Source: Balanoglossus misakiensis
Taxonomy: Eukaryota; Animalia; Hemichordata
Length of the DNA: 64,000 nucleotides
NCBI GenBank assembly: GCA_040954595.2
Contig: JBECUI020000045.1
Coordinates: forward strand, 20,165-84,164
Reading direction: 5' to 3'
Shown: positions 1-12,000 of the stretch, piece by piece
Position numbering within the stretch: position 1 is the first letter of the stretch
Layout of the letters: each line of letters opens with the position of its first letter
Notes under the pieces: generated by a model
What the model was told of the DNA's origin: nothing
Database searches by the model: none
What the model saw: the letters and a program-made list of their open reading frames with translations, nothing else
Program-made: the position numbers and the translations under genes

Positions 1-3000
1 GGCTAGTGCTGGTAGTGGTGGTAGACTAGGCGAGCCTTTTCTGCAAGCAATCAATCAAGACAACGATGCGATAGATGGCCAATCTACCGTCTATTGCATC
101 GGCACAGGTTAATACAGTAGGCGATATTGTCCTGAGCTATAGCGAGGATGTCTCTACCTCTACCTTAGAAGCAGGCGATTATACGGTGACGGTTAATAAT
201 GCGGTTGCCGGCGTTGATAGCGCATCGGCAAGCGGCAATACCATTACCCTTGTGATGACAAATAAGATAGCCACATCTGCTACGGTTAATAGCATAGCGT
301 ATACTGCCGATGCAGGCACGGCGGACTCTGTGGTTGACGCAGCCGGCAATGTGGCAGCAACGCAAACGATAGATACTGATATAAGCAATAACTCCACTGT
401 GGTAGATACGATAGCCCCGGTGATTACGGCGGTGAGTATCCCTGATGCGGCGATGAAGGTGGGTGATACGGTCACAGTCACCATCACGGTTGATGATGAT
501 GGTGGTGATACCTATACGCTTGTAGCCGATAGTACGGTAGGCGGTTTTACCCTGAACAATTTACAAAGGACAGACAGCACAACATACACCGCCGAATTTA
601 CTGTTACCGCGGGCGGTACCGATGTGGCGGCCGCGGCCGATATCCCGGTCTCCGTCGTTTTGCAAGATAGTACGGGACAACATAGAAGCAACGCTTTCGC
701 AGAGTCCATCAGCCAAGCAGGCGATGCGATAGATGCTAATGTGCCTTCGATTGAGGGTATTGCAGTTACGACAGGCGGTCATTTGCAGATTACCTATGAT
801 GAGGCGGTCAGGATTCCTGTACCAGAATTGACGGATTATACCGTTGTTGTTAATGGCGTGGATGTGAGTGCAGATATTGAAAGTATACAAGTGCCGGACG
901 CAAGCAACCCTAGGGCGTTTTATCTTGTAATGCAGGCAGGCAGCGAGATTCAAAAGTATTCAGTAGTCAATAGCGTGACTTATACTGCCGATGCAGGCAC
1001 GGCGGACTCTGTGGTTGACGCAGCCGGCAATGCGGCAGCAACGCAAACGATAGATACCGGTATAATCAATAACTCCAATGTAGCAGATACGACAGTCCCG
1101 GTGATTACGGCGATGAGCATCCCCGATAGCCCGATGAAAGTAGGCGATACGGTAACTGCCACCATCACGGTTGAGGATGATGGTGGTGATCTCTATACGC
1201 TTACAGCCGGTACGATAGGTGATTTTACCCTGAGCAATTTACAAAGGCAAAGCAGCACACAATACACCGCCGAATTTACCGTTACCGCGGGCGGTGCCGA
1301 TGTGGCGGCCGCGGCCGATATCCCGGTCTCCGTCGTTTTGCAAGATAGCACTGCCAATTTGAGTGACTCTTACCAGGCACCGATTAGCCAAGCAAATGAC
1401 GCGATAGATGCCAACCTACCGTCTATTGTATCTGTGCGAGTTAACGCAGCCGGCGATATTGTCCTTAGCTATAGTGAGGATGTATCTGCCTCTGCCTTAG
1501 AAGCAAGCGATTATACGGTGATGGTTGATAATGCAACTGCTGGTGTTGATAGCGCAACAGCTAGCGGTAACACCATTACCCTGGTAATGACAAATAAGAT
1601 AGCCCCATCTGCTGTTGTTAATAGCATAGCGTATACTGCCGATGTAGGCACGGCGGATTCTGTCGTTGACGCAGCCGGTAATGCAGCAGCAACACAAACG
1701 ATAGATACTAATATCACAAATAATCAGGGTGCCCCGGTGATTACGGCGGTGAGTATCCCGGATACCCCGATGAAAATAGGCGATACGGTAACTGCCACCA
1801 TCACTGTTGATGATGATGGCGATGACCCCTATACGCTTACAACCGGTACGATAGGCGGTTTTACCCTGAACAATTTACAAAGGACAGACAGCACAACATA
1901 CACCGCCGAATTTACTGTTACCGCGGGCGGTACCGATAGGGCGGCCGATGCCGATATCCCGGTCTTCGTCGTTTTGCAAGATAGTGCTGCCAATTTGAGC
2001 AGCCCTTACCTGATATCGATTAGCCAAGCAAGCGATGCGATAGATGCTAATGCGCCTTCGATTGAGAGTATTGCAGTTACGACAGACGGTCATTTGCAGA
2101 TTACCTATGATGAGGCGGTCAGGATTCCTGTACCAGAATTGACGGATTATACCGTTGTTGTTAATGGCGTGGATGTGAGTGCAGATATTGAAAGTATACA
2201 AGTGCCGGACGCAAGCAACCCCAGGGCGTTTTATCTTGTAATGCAGGCAGGCAGCGAGATTCAAAAGGGTTCAGCAGTCAGCAGCGTGACTTATACTGCC
2301 GATGCAGGCACGGCGGACTCTGTCGTTGACACAGCCGGCAACGCGGCAGCAACCCAAACGATAGATACTGGTATCACAAATAATTCCGACATAGGTGTCC
2401 CGGTGATTACGGCGGTGAGTATCCCCGATAGCCCGATGAAAGTAGGCGATACGGTAACTGCCACCATCACGGTTGAGGATGATGGCGGCGATAATTATAG
2501 TCTCGTATTTGGTCAGATAGGCGGTTTTGCCTTGGGCAGTTTAGCAAGGACAAACAGCACAACATACACCGCCACATTTACCGTTACCGATGGTGGTACC
2601 GATGCGGCGGCTCTTGCCGATATCCCGGCCTCCGTCATTTTGCAAAATAACAATGGGGATGTGAACGACCTTTACGAGACATCGATTAGCCAAGCAAATG
2701 ACGCGATAGATGCCAATCTACCGTCTATTGCATCGGCACAGGTTAATACAGTAGGCGATATTGTCCTTAGCTATAGCGAGGATGTATCTACCTCTGCCTT
2801 AGAAGCAGGCGATTATACGGTGACGGTTAATAATGCGGTTGCCGGCGTTGATAGCGCATCGGCAAGCGGCAATACCATTACCCTTGTGATGACAAATAAG
2901 ATAGCCACATCTGCTACTGTTAATAGCATAGCGTATACTGCCGATGCAGGCACGGCGGACTCTGTGGTTGACGCAGTCGGCAATGCGGCAGCAACACAAA

Positions 3001-5120
3001 CGATAGACACCGGTATAACGAATAATCGGGGCCTCCCGGTGGTTACGGCGGTGAGTATCCCCGATAGCCCGATGAAAATAGGCGATACGGTAACTGCCAC
3101 CATCACGGTTGATGATGATGGCGGTGATACTTATAGTCTCTTATTGGGTCTGATAGGCGGTTTTATATTGGACAATTTTGCAAAGACAAGCAACACACAA
3201 TACACCGCCACATTTACTGTTACCGCGGGCGGTACCGATGTGGCAGCCGCGGCCGATATCCCGGTCTCCATCATTTTAGGAGATAGCGCTAGCAATACGA
3301 GCAACCCTTACCAGACACCGATTAGCCAAGCAAATGACGCGATAGATGTCAATCTACCGTCTATTGCATCGGCACAGGTTAATACAGCCGGCGATATTGT
3401 CCTTAGCTATAGCGAGGATGTCTCTGCCTCTACCTTGGAGCCAAGCGATTATACGGTGACGGTTGATAGTGCGGTTGCCGGTGTTGCTAGCGCATCGGTC
3501 AGCGGTAACACCATTACCCTAGTAATGACAAATAAGATAGCCCCATCTGCTACTGTTAATAGCGTAATGTATACTGCCGATGCAGGCACGGCGGACTCTG
3601 TGGTTGACGCGGCCGGTAATGCGGCAGCAACGCAAACAATAAATGCAGGTATCACTAATAACTCCAATGTGGCGGTAGACACGACACCCCCCACGGCACA
3701 TGCGACCGACCCTATTGTTGCTGCTGATTCTATTGCTAATCCGGATGGAGTAAAAGATAACCGGCTGATCATCAAGTTCAGCGAACCCGTTGATACTGGG
3801 GATGTAACCTTAGATAGTATTGGAGCGGCCTTGGGCACGGCTGCTAACGGTGCAAGCGTTGAGATATCCGGTCATCCGAATATGATTGAAGTTGCAGGTA
3901 TAGATGCCGATGCGGACGGGACTTACACTCTGGTTGCAGACCCCGCTACGCTATCGGTTACCGCCGATTTTACACCCGATACCTCAACGACCGTGATTGA
4001 TACCACTAAACCAGTCTATGCCTATACCAATGGGCAGGGCGAGACTTGGTATCTCTGGGCAAGGACGGGCAGCGGGTATCATATAAGCCGGTTGGATAAT
4101 AACGACAAATGGTGGTGGGAGAGTGTACTTAACCCCATTTCCTTTGTGTCCAATCCCGCTGATATTGCTTGGTGGCAACAGACTGCTGGTGATGCAGGCA
4201 CTGGAACGTCCAATACAGTGACCGGTTGGACGCTGACCGATTATGCTGATACTTATGATATCACACTTGGCAGCGATGCAACTGTTACGGAAGGCTCCTC
4301 CTTAGTTCTGACGGGCGTGACAGATCATGCCGGCAATGACGCGCCGCTCATCACATTCCTTGTGCCGAGTTTATCAGATACGACCAGTAGCAGCAGTTCG
4401 CGGTCGGTTGCTAGCGATACCGTATCAAAGATTAGTATTACTGTAACAGGCTTAGACGGGGCAGGTGAGTCTCTATTATATGATAACGGCAACAGCATTG
4501 CCTTAGACAGCGACACAAGCGAGACAAAAACAGCTCAGAGTTTAGGTGGTGTGACGGGTGTCAGTATCAGTTGGGATGGTACTGCCTTAACCATCAATAA
4601 AGATGACGGTAGTGCTTTCACAACAGAGGAGGCCAAGGACATGATCAATGCGCTTAGATACCAAGACACAAGTCCATCAACGACCAATGACAAGGTCTTT
4701 AGTGCTGCCCTGATAGACGAGGAAGGCAATGTGTCCGATACGGTTACTACAACGATCATTGCCGTAGATGCAAACAATATCGCCTCGCTGACTGCTACGG
4801 ATGCTACGGATATATTTGATTACGGTGCTGCGGTGATAGGTGATTCTGCGATCAACGACTTTGCCGTAGGTGCAGACGGCGACCGATTAGATCTGGCAGA
4901 CCTATTAGACTACGACCCGAACACAGCAGGCAAGGATGATCTCAATGCCTTTTTGTCTGTGACCGATACATCGGCTACTGTCGGCGGCGATGTCATACTG
5001 GCCGTTGATGCCAATGGTGATGGTAGCGGTGCGGACTTTAGCATTACCTTAAACGGTGTCGGCAACGCAGGCGAGTTCACCCTAGCCGACCTAACAGACG
5101 ATAACCTCATCATCGTATAG
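1..5120 (+). CDS. Giant repetitive T1SS-type secreted/adhesin-like protein, paralog 1 (5'-partial; SwmB-like + Ig-like repeats, Trp-rich insert domain, T1SS C-terminal signal)
   Basis: ORF 75..5120 (1681 aa). Frame +2 from base 2 reads ...EPFLQAINQDNDAID, matching the repeat end DPFQTSISQANDAID; an extra G at ~77 (gatggccaat vs gatgccaat in other copies) creates the apparent ATG, so the gene starts upstream of the window. Ends in DFAVGADGDRLDLADLL...DANGDGSGADFSITLNGV...DDNLIIV. Confidence 0.88.
74..3675 (+). repeat. Six SwmB-like modules alternating with Ig-like modules (~640-675 bp units) in paralog 1
   Basis: Modules start at ~74, 732, 1407, 2043, 2709 and 3345. The pattern IVLSYSEDV..LE..DYTVTV..A.AGV.SAS.SGNTITL......V.SIAY.A......VVDAAGN resembles the SWM_repeat/SwmB domain (PF13753), by eye. 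Confidence 0.75.
4760..5120 (+). other. Type I secretion C-terminal target-like domain (VCA0849/TIGR03661-like); copies at ~23843-24202, ~36940-37299, ~52315-52673
   Basis: Motif D.I.DF..G..GD.LDLADLL.......L.AFL.V.......V.LA.DANGDGSG....ITL.G......LADL..DNLI.V at the extreme C-terminus, recognised by eye as the T1SS target-domain pattern. Confidence 0.75.
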
Positions 5121-5141
5121 GGATGATGCAATAAACATTAG

Positions 5142-5146
5142 AGGAG
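5142..5146 (+). promoter_or_regulatory. Shine-Dalgarno AGGAG (same element precedes ATGs at 24465, 37564, 52937)
   Basis: aggagacgatta(c/t)ctATG is conserved before all four starts. Confidence 0.8.
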
Positions 5147-5156
5147 ACGATTACCT

Positions 5157-6050
5157 ATGAGTACATATTATTTTGTAACAGATACAGGCGGTGCCATTTT
5201 AGCGTGGAACTCCGAGATACCTCACTTTGAAACATTAGGCAGGAGTTTAGTTGCCTATGGCGGCAGGGGTGTTGATGAGCTGTATGTAGGCAGGGCGACG
5301 CAGGCCAGTGTCGCATCGCTTGGAGACGGGGAAGACCGTGTCTATCTTACAGGCAATTTCGCAGATTATACGCAAACGGTAGATGGTTCTACCTATACCT
5401 TCTCGCGCACGGTGACGATAGACGGCCATGCATACGAAGAAGTGATAACGGTATCAGGTAATACCGACAGCGACCGTCTTTACTTTGCCGATGGCAATGT
5501 AGAGTTGAGTTTCTCTAATTTGTTTGATTTCACAAGTGGCGGTTATCGGGACATCACGGCAGACCTATTAACAGGGGAAGGCAGCCCAAGCTATCCACCC
5601 ACCCCACCTGCTGCTCGTGCGAATGATGAGAATGAATGGGTCTTTACAAATGATAATGAGGGCGCGGTGTATGCCTTTGACTTACCCGGCAGCAAGTGGA
5701 CTACCTATGGCGGCAGGGGTGTTGATCGTATTTATGTAGGCAAGGGGACACAGGCCAGTGTCGCATCGCTTGGCGATGGGGAAGACGGTATCTATCTTAC
5801 AGGCAATCTCGCAGACTATACGCAAACGGTAGCTGGTTCTACCTATACCTTCTCGCGCACGGTGACGATAGCGGGCAGGGATTACGAAGAGCAGGTAACG
5901 GTATCAGGCAATACCGACAGCGACCGTCTTTACTTTGCCGATGGCAATGTAGAGTTGAGTTTCTCTAATTTGTTTGATTTCACAAGTGGCGGTTATCGGG
6001 ACATCACGGCAAGCCTATTAACAGGGGAAGGCACCCCGGGCTTGGGTGTT
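5157..6050 (+). other. Near-invariant N-terminal domain, two tandem ~150-aa copies (also at 24465-25358, 37564-38457, 52937-53830)
   Basis: YGGRGVD..YVG..TQASVASLGDGED..YLTGN.ADYTQTV.GSTYTFSRTVTI...YEE..TVSGNTDSDRLYF.DG occurs twice per gene and is almost identical across four paralogs. No signal peptide is evident. Confidence 0.85.
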
Positions 6051-9000
6051 GGTCTTACGATAAGCGATGATACCGCTGTTGATGTCACAAACACTGATGT
6101 TGTCTTCACCTTCACCTTTGATGAGGCAGTCACAGGGTTTGATATAGATGCGATTACAATCACCAACGGCACGGTACGCGGTGCGCTCACGGAGGTTGCC
6201 ACAGGCATACAATATACCTTAGCGGTGACACCGACTGCGAATACACAAGGCATCTTAAGGCTCAGCGTTGCAGCAGGTGCCGTTGTTGCAGAAAATGACG
6301 CAAACAAGAGCAATCAGGCGGCAAGTGCCGAGCAGGCGATAGACACCACTACCCCGACAGCAACGATCAATATAGACGCTATCAGCAATGATAGTGGTGA
6401 TGCCACAGACTTTATCACCAGCGACAATGACGGTCTGACGATAACGGCAACATTAAGCACTGCGTTAGCAGCAGACGAGCGCCTAGAGTACAGCGCTGAT
6501 GATGGCAGCACTTGGACGGATATCAGCGGGTCTGTGACAGATACGAGCATCAGCCATACGGATGATGCACTGACAGCTACAACAACGATACAGATGCGCG
6601 TTATTGACACCATAGGCAATAGCAGTCCTGTGGCAAGCCAGCTCATCACCATAGACACCACTGCCCCGACAGCAACCCTATCAGGCGACATCTTGCCTGC
6701 CGACAACCTCATCATGCAGTTTGATGAGCCGGTCACCTTAGGCACAGGCGATATCACACTTTATAACCAAGCAGACGGTAGTACGGCAGCCGCTATCCCC
6801 ATCAATGATGCCACGCAGGTAAGCTTAAGTGATGATGGCAGGACGCTGACCATTAACCCGACTACTGATCTCACAATAAGCAGTAGCTATTATGTTCAAA
6901 TACCGTCAGGTGCTATCACTGATCTGGCAGGCAATGCCTATGCCATCACAGATACCACCACTTGGGCATTTGCCGCCACCAGTCTCTCTAGCACAGTGGT
7001 ATGGCGGGATGGCCTTAATAATGACCCCAGCATAGACGGTTATATTAATGCCGCAGAGCTAAACACCGTAACACTGCAAGGCACATTGACGAATGTCGGC
7101 GATGCCACCGTTGTTGGCCTCACCGCCATCACCTTTAAGGCATTAAGCGGTAGCGCAAACGACATCAGCTATAGCGGCACTATGCCTGCCTTATCAGGCG
7201 ATACCACCGGCAGCACCTGGACCCTAGATAATGCCGCGATAAAGGCATTAGGTTTGGTAGAGGGCGAATCCTATCGGGTTGAGGTAACGGTATCAGGCAC
7301 AGATACGAGCAGCAACACCGTCATAGGTGGTGGCAGCCATGATAACCCTATTATTATAGACAGCAGCATACCGACCACAACAATCAGCATAGACAGCATC
7401 AGCGATGATAACGGCATTGCTGCAGACGACTTTATCACCAATGATAATAACGGCTTGACGATTACCGCCACCTTAAGCGCGGCATTAGCAGCAGACGAGC
7501 GTTTGGAATACAGCACCAACGGCACGACTTGGACCGATATCAGCGGGTCTGTTGCGGACACAAGCATTAGTTATGTGGACAGTACACTGACAAACGAGGG
7601 TGAGACCACGATACAGATGCGCATCACCGATGCGGCAGGCAATAGCAGTCCTACGACCAGTCAGCTCATCACCATAGACAGCACCGCGCCTGCCACGACA
7701 GTCAGTATAGACGCTATCAGCAATGATAGTGGTGATGCCACAGACTTTATCACCAGCGACAATGATGGTTTGACGATTACCGCCACCTTAAGCGCGGCAT
7801 TAGCAGCAGACGAGCACCTAGAGTACAGCACTGATGATGGTAGCACTTGGACGGATATCAGCGGGTCTGTGACAGATATGAGCATCAGCCATACGGATGA
7901 TGCACTGACAGCTACAACAACGATACAGATGCGCATCACCGATGCGGCAGGCAATAGCAGTCCTACGACCAGTCAGTTTATCACCATAGATGCCAATCTA
8001 CCGTCTATTGCATCGGCAGAGGTTAACATAGACGGCGATATTGTCCTTAGCTATAGCGAGGATGTCTCTACCTCTACCTTGGAAGCAAGCGATTATACGG
8101 TGATGGTTAATAATACGGCTGCCGGCGTTGATAGCGCATCGGCAAGCGGTAGCACCGTTACCCTGGTCATGACAGATAAGATAACCGCATCTGCTGTTGT
8201 TGATAGCATAGCGTATGCTGCCGATGCAGGCACGGCGGATTCTGTCGTTGACGCAGCGGGCAATGCAGCAGCAACACAAACGATAGACACCGATATAACT
8301 AATAACTCCGCTGTGGGGATAGATGCGACAGCCCCGGTGATTACGGCGGTGAGTATCCCTGATGCGGCGATGAAGGTGGGTGACCCGGTCACAGTCACCA
8401 TCACGGTTGATGATGATGGCGGTGATACCTATACGCTTGTAGACGGTAGTACGGTGGGCGGTTTTGCCTTGAGCAATTTACAAAGGACAGACAGCACAAC
8501 ATACACCGCCGAATTTACCGTTACCGCGGGTGGCACCGATGTGGCGGCTCTTGCCGATATACCGGTCTCCGTCACTTTACAAGATAGCGCTGCCAATACG
8601 AGCGACCCATTCCAGACATCTATTAGCCAAACAGGCGATGCGATAGATGCTAATCTACCGTCTATTGTATCTGCGCGGGTTAATACAGCAGGCGATATTG
8701 TCCTTAGCTATAGCGAGGATGTCTCTGCCTCTACCTTGGAAGCAAGCGATTATACGGTGACGGTTGATAATGCGGCTGTCGGCGTTGATAGTGCATCGGT
8801 CAGCGGTAACACCATTACCCTTGTGATGACAAATAAGATAACCGCATCTGCTACTGTTAACAGCGTAGCGTATACTGCCGATGTAGGCACGGCGGACTCT
8901 GTGGTTGACGCAGCCGGCAATGCGGCAGCAACACAAACAATAGATACCGGTATAACGAATAATCGGGGCGTCCCGGTGATTACGGCGGTGAGCATCCCCG

Positions 9001-12000
9001 ATAGCCCAATGAAAATAGGCGATACGGTAACTGCCACCATCACGGTTGATGATGATGGCAGTGATCTCTATACACTTGTAGGCGGCAGTACGGTGGGCGG
9101 TTTTGACTTGAGCAATTTACAAAGGATAAGCAATACACAATACACCGCCGAATTTACTGTTACCGCGGGTGGTACCGATGTGGTGGCTGATGCCGATATC
9201 CCGGTCTCCGTCACTTTACAAGATAGCGCTGCCAATACGAGCGACCCATTCCAGACATCTATTAGCCAAGCAAACGATGTGATAGATGCCAATCTACCGT
9301 CTATTGCATCGGCAGAGGTTAACGCAGCCGGTGATATTGTCCTTAGCTATAGCGAGAATATATCTACCTCTACCTTGGAAGCAAGCGATTATACGGTGAC
9401 GGTTGATAATGCGGCTGTCGGCGTTGATAGTGCATCGGTCAGCGGTAACACCATTACCCTTGTGATGACAGATAAGATAACCGCATCTGCTGTTGTTAAT
9501 AGCATAGCGTATGCTGCCGATGCAGGTACGGCGGATTCTGTCGTTGACGCAGCCGGCAATGCGGCAGCAACACAAACGATAGACACCGATATAGCTAATA
9601 ACTCCAATGTGGGGATAGATACGACAGCCCCGGTGATTATGGCGGTGAGTATCCCTGATGCGGCGATGAAGGTGGGTGACCCGGTCACAGTCACCATCAC
9701 GGTTGATGATGATGGCGGTGATACCTATACGCTTGTAGACGGTAGTACGGTAGGCGGTTTTGCCTTGAGCAATTTACAAAGGACAGACAGCACAACATAC
9801 ACCGCCGAATTTACCGTTGCCGCGGGTGGCACCGATGTGGCGGCTGATGCTGATATTCCTGTCTCCGTCACTTTAGAAGATAGCGCTGCCAATACGAGTG
9901 ACCCATTCCAGACATCGATTAGCCAAGCAAACGATGTGATAGATGCCAATCTACCGTCTATTGCATCGGCACAGGTTAATACAGCAGGCGATATTGTCCT
10001 TAGCTATAGCGAGGATGTCTCTGCCTCTACCTTGGAAGCAAGCGATTATACGGTGACGGTTGATAATGCGGCTGTCGGCGTTGATAGTGGCATCGGTCAG
10101 CGGTAACACCATTACCCTTGTGATGACAAATAAGATAACTGCATCTGCTGTTGTTAATAGCATAGCGTATGCTGCCGATGCAGGCACGGCGGATTCTGTC
10201 GTTGACGCAGCCGGCAATGCGGCAGCAACACAAACGATAGACACCGATATAGCTAATAACTCCAATGTGGGGATAGATACGACAGCCCCGGTGATTATGG
10301 CGGTGAGTATCCCTGATGCGGCGATGAAGGTGGGTGACCCGGTCACAGTCACCATCACGGTTGATGATGATGGCGGTGATACCTATACGCTTGTAGACGG
10401 TAGTACGGTGGGCGGTTTTGCCTTGAGCAATTTACAAAGGACAGACAGCACAACATACACCGCCGAATTTACCGTTACCGATGGTGGCACCGATGTGGCG
10501 GCTCTTGCCGATATCCCGGTCTCCGTCACTTTAGAAGATAGCGCTGCCAATACGAGCGACCCATTCCAGACATCTATTAGCCAAGCAAACGATGTGATAG
10601 ATGCCAATCTACCGTCTATTGCATCGGCAGAGGTTAACATAGACGGCGATATTGTCCTTAGCTATAGCGAGGATGTCTCTGTCTCTACCTTGGAGCCAAG
10701 CGATTATACGGTGATGGTTGATAGTGCGGCTGTCGGTATTGCTAGCGCATCGGCAAGCGGTAGCACCGTTACCCTGGTCATGACAGATAAGATAACCGCA
10801 TCTGCTGTTGTTGATAGCATAGCGTATGCTGCCGATGCAGGCACGGCGGACTCTGTCGTTGACGCAGCCGGCAATGCGGCAGCGGCACAAACGATAGACA
10901 CCGATATAACTAATAACTCCGCTGTGGGGATAGATACGACAGCCCCGGTGATTACGGCGGTGAGTATCCCTGATGCGGCGATGAAGGTGGGTGACCCGGT
11001 CACAGTCACCATCACGGTTGATGATGATGGCGGTGATACCTATACGCTTGTAGACGGTAGTACGGTGGGCGGTTTTGACTTGGGCAGTTTAGCAAGGACA
11101 GACAGCACAACATACACCGCCACATTTACCGTTACCGATGGCGGTACCGATGTGGCGGCTCTTGCCGATATATCGGTCTCCGTCACTTTAGAAGATAGCG
11201 CTGCCAATACGAGCGACCCATTCCAGACATCTATTAGCCAAGCAAATGACGCGATAGATGCTAATCTACCGTCTATTGTATCTGCGCGGGTTAATACAGC
11301 AGGCGATATTGTCCTTAGCTATAGCGAGGATGTTTCTGCCTCTGCCTTGGAAGCAAGCGATTATACGGTGACGGTTGATAATGCGGCTGTCGGCGTTGAT
11401 AGTGCATCGGTTAGCGGTAGCACCGTTACCCTAGTCATGACAAATAAGATAACCGCATCTGCTGTTGTTAATAGCATAGCGTATGCTGCCGATGTAGGCA
11501 CGGCGGACTCTGTGGTTGACGCAGCCGGCAATGCGGCAGAGGCACAAACAATAGATACCGGTATAACGAATAATCGGGGCGTCCCGGTGATTACGGCGGT
11601 GAGCATCCCCGATAGCTCAATGAAAATAGGCGATACGGTAACTGCCACCATCACGGTTGATGATGATGGCAGTGATCTCTATACACTTGTAGGCGGCAGT
11701 ACGGTGGGCGTTTTGACTTGAGCAATTTACAAAGGATAAGCAATACACAATACACCGCCGAATTTACTGTTACCGCGGGTGGTACCGATGTGGTGGCTGA
11801 TGCCGATATCCCGGTCTCCGTCACTTTACAAGATAGCGCTGCCAATACGAGCGACCCATTCCAGACATCTATTAGCCAAGCAAACGATGTGATAGATGCT
11901 AATCTACCGTCTATTGCATCGGCAGAGGTTAACGCAGCCGGTGATATTGTCCTTAGTTATAGCGAGGATATCTCTACCTCTACCTTGGAAGCAAGCGATT

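Noticed and set aside
75-77. ATG start of the 1681-aa ORF
   Set aside because: Created by an extra G within the repeat linker gatgccaat; there is no RBS and the upstream frame continues the repeat.
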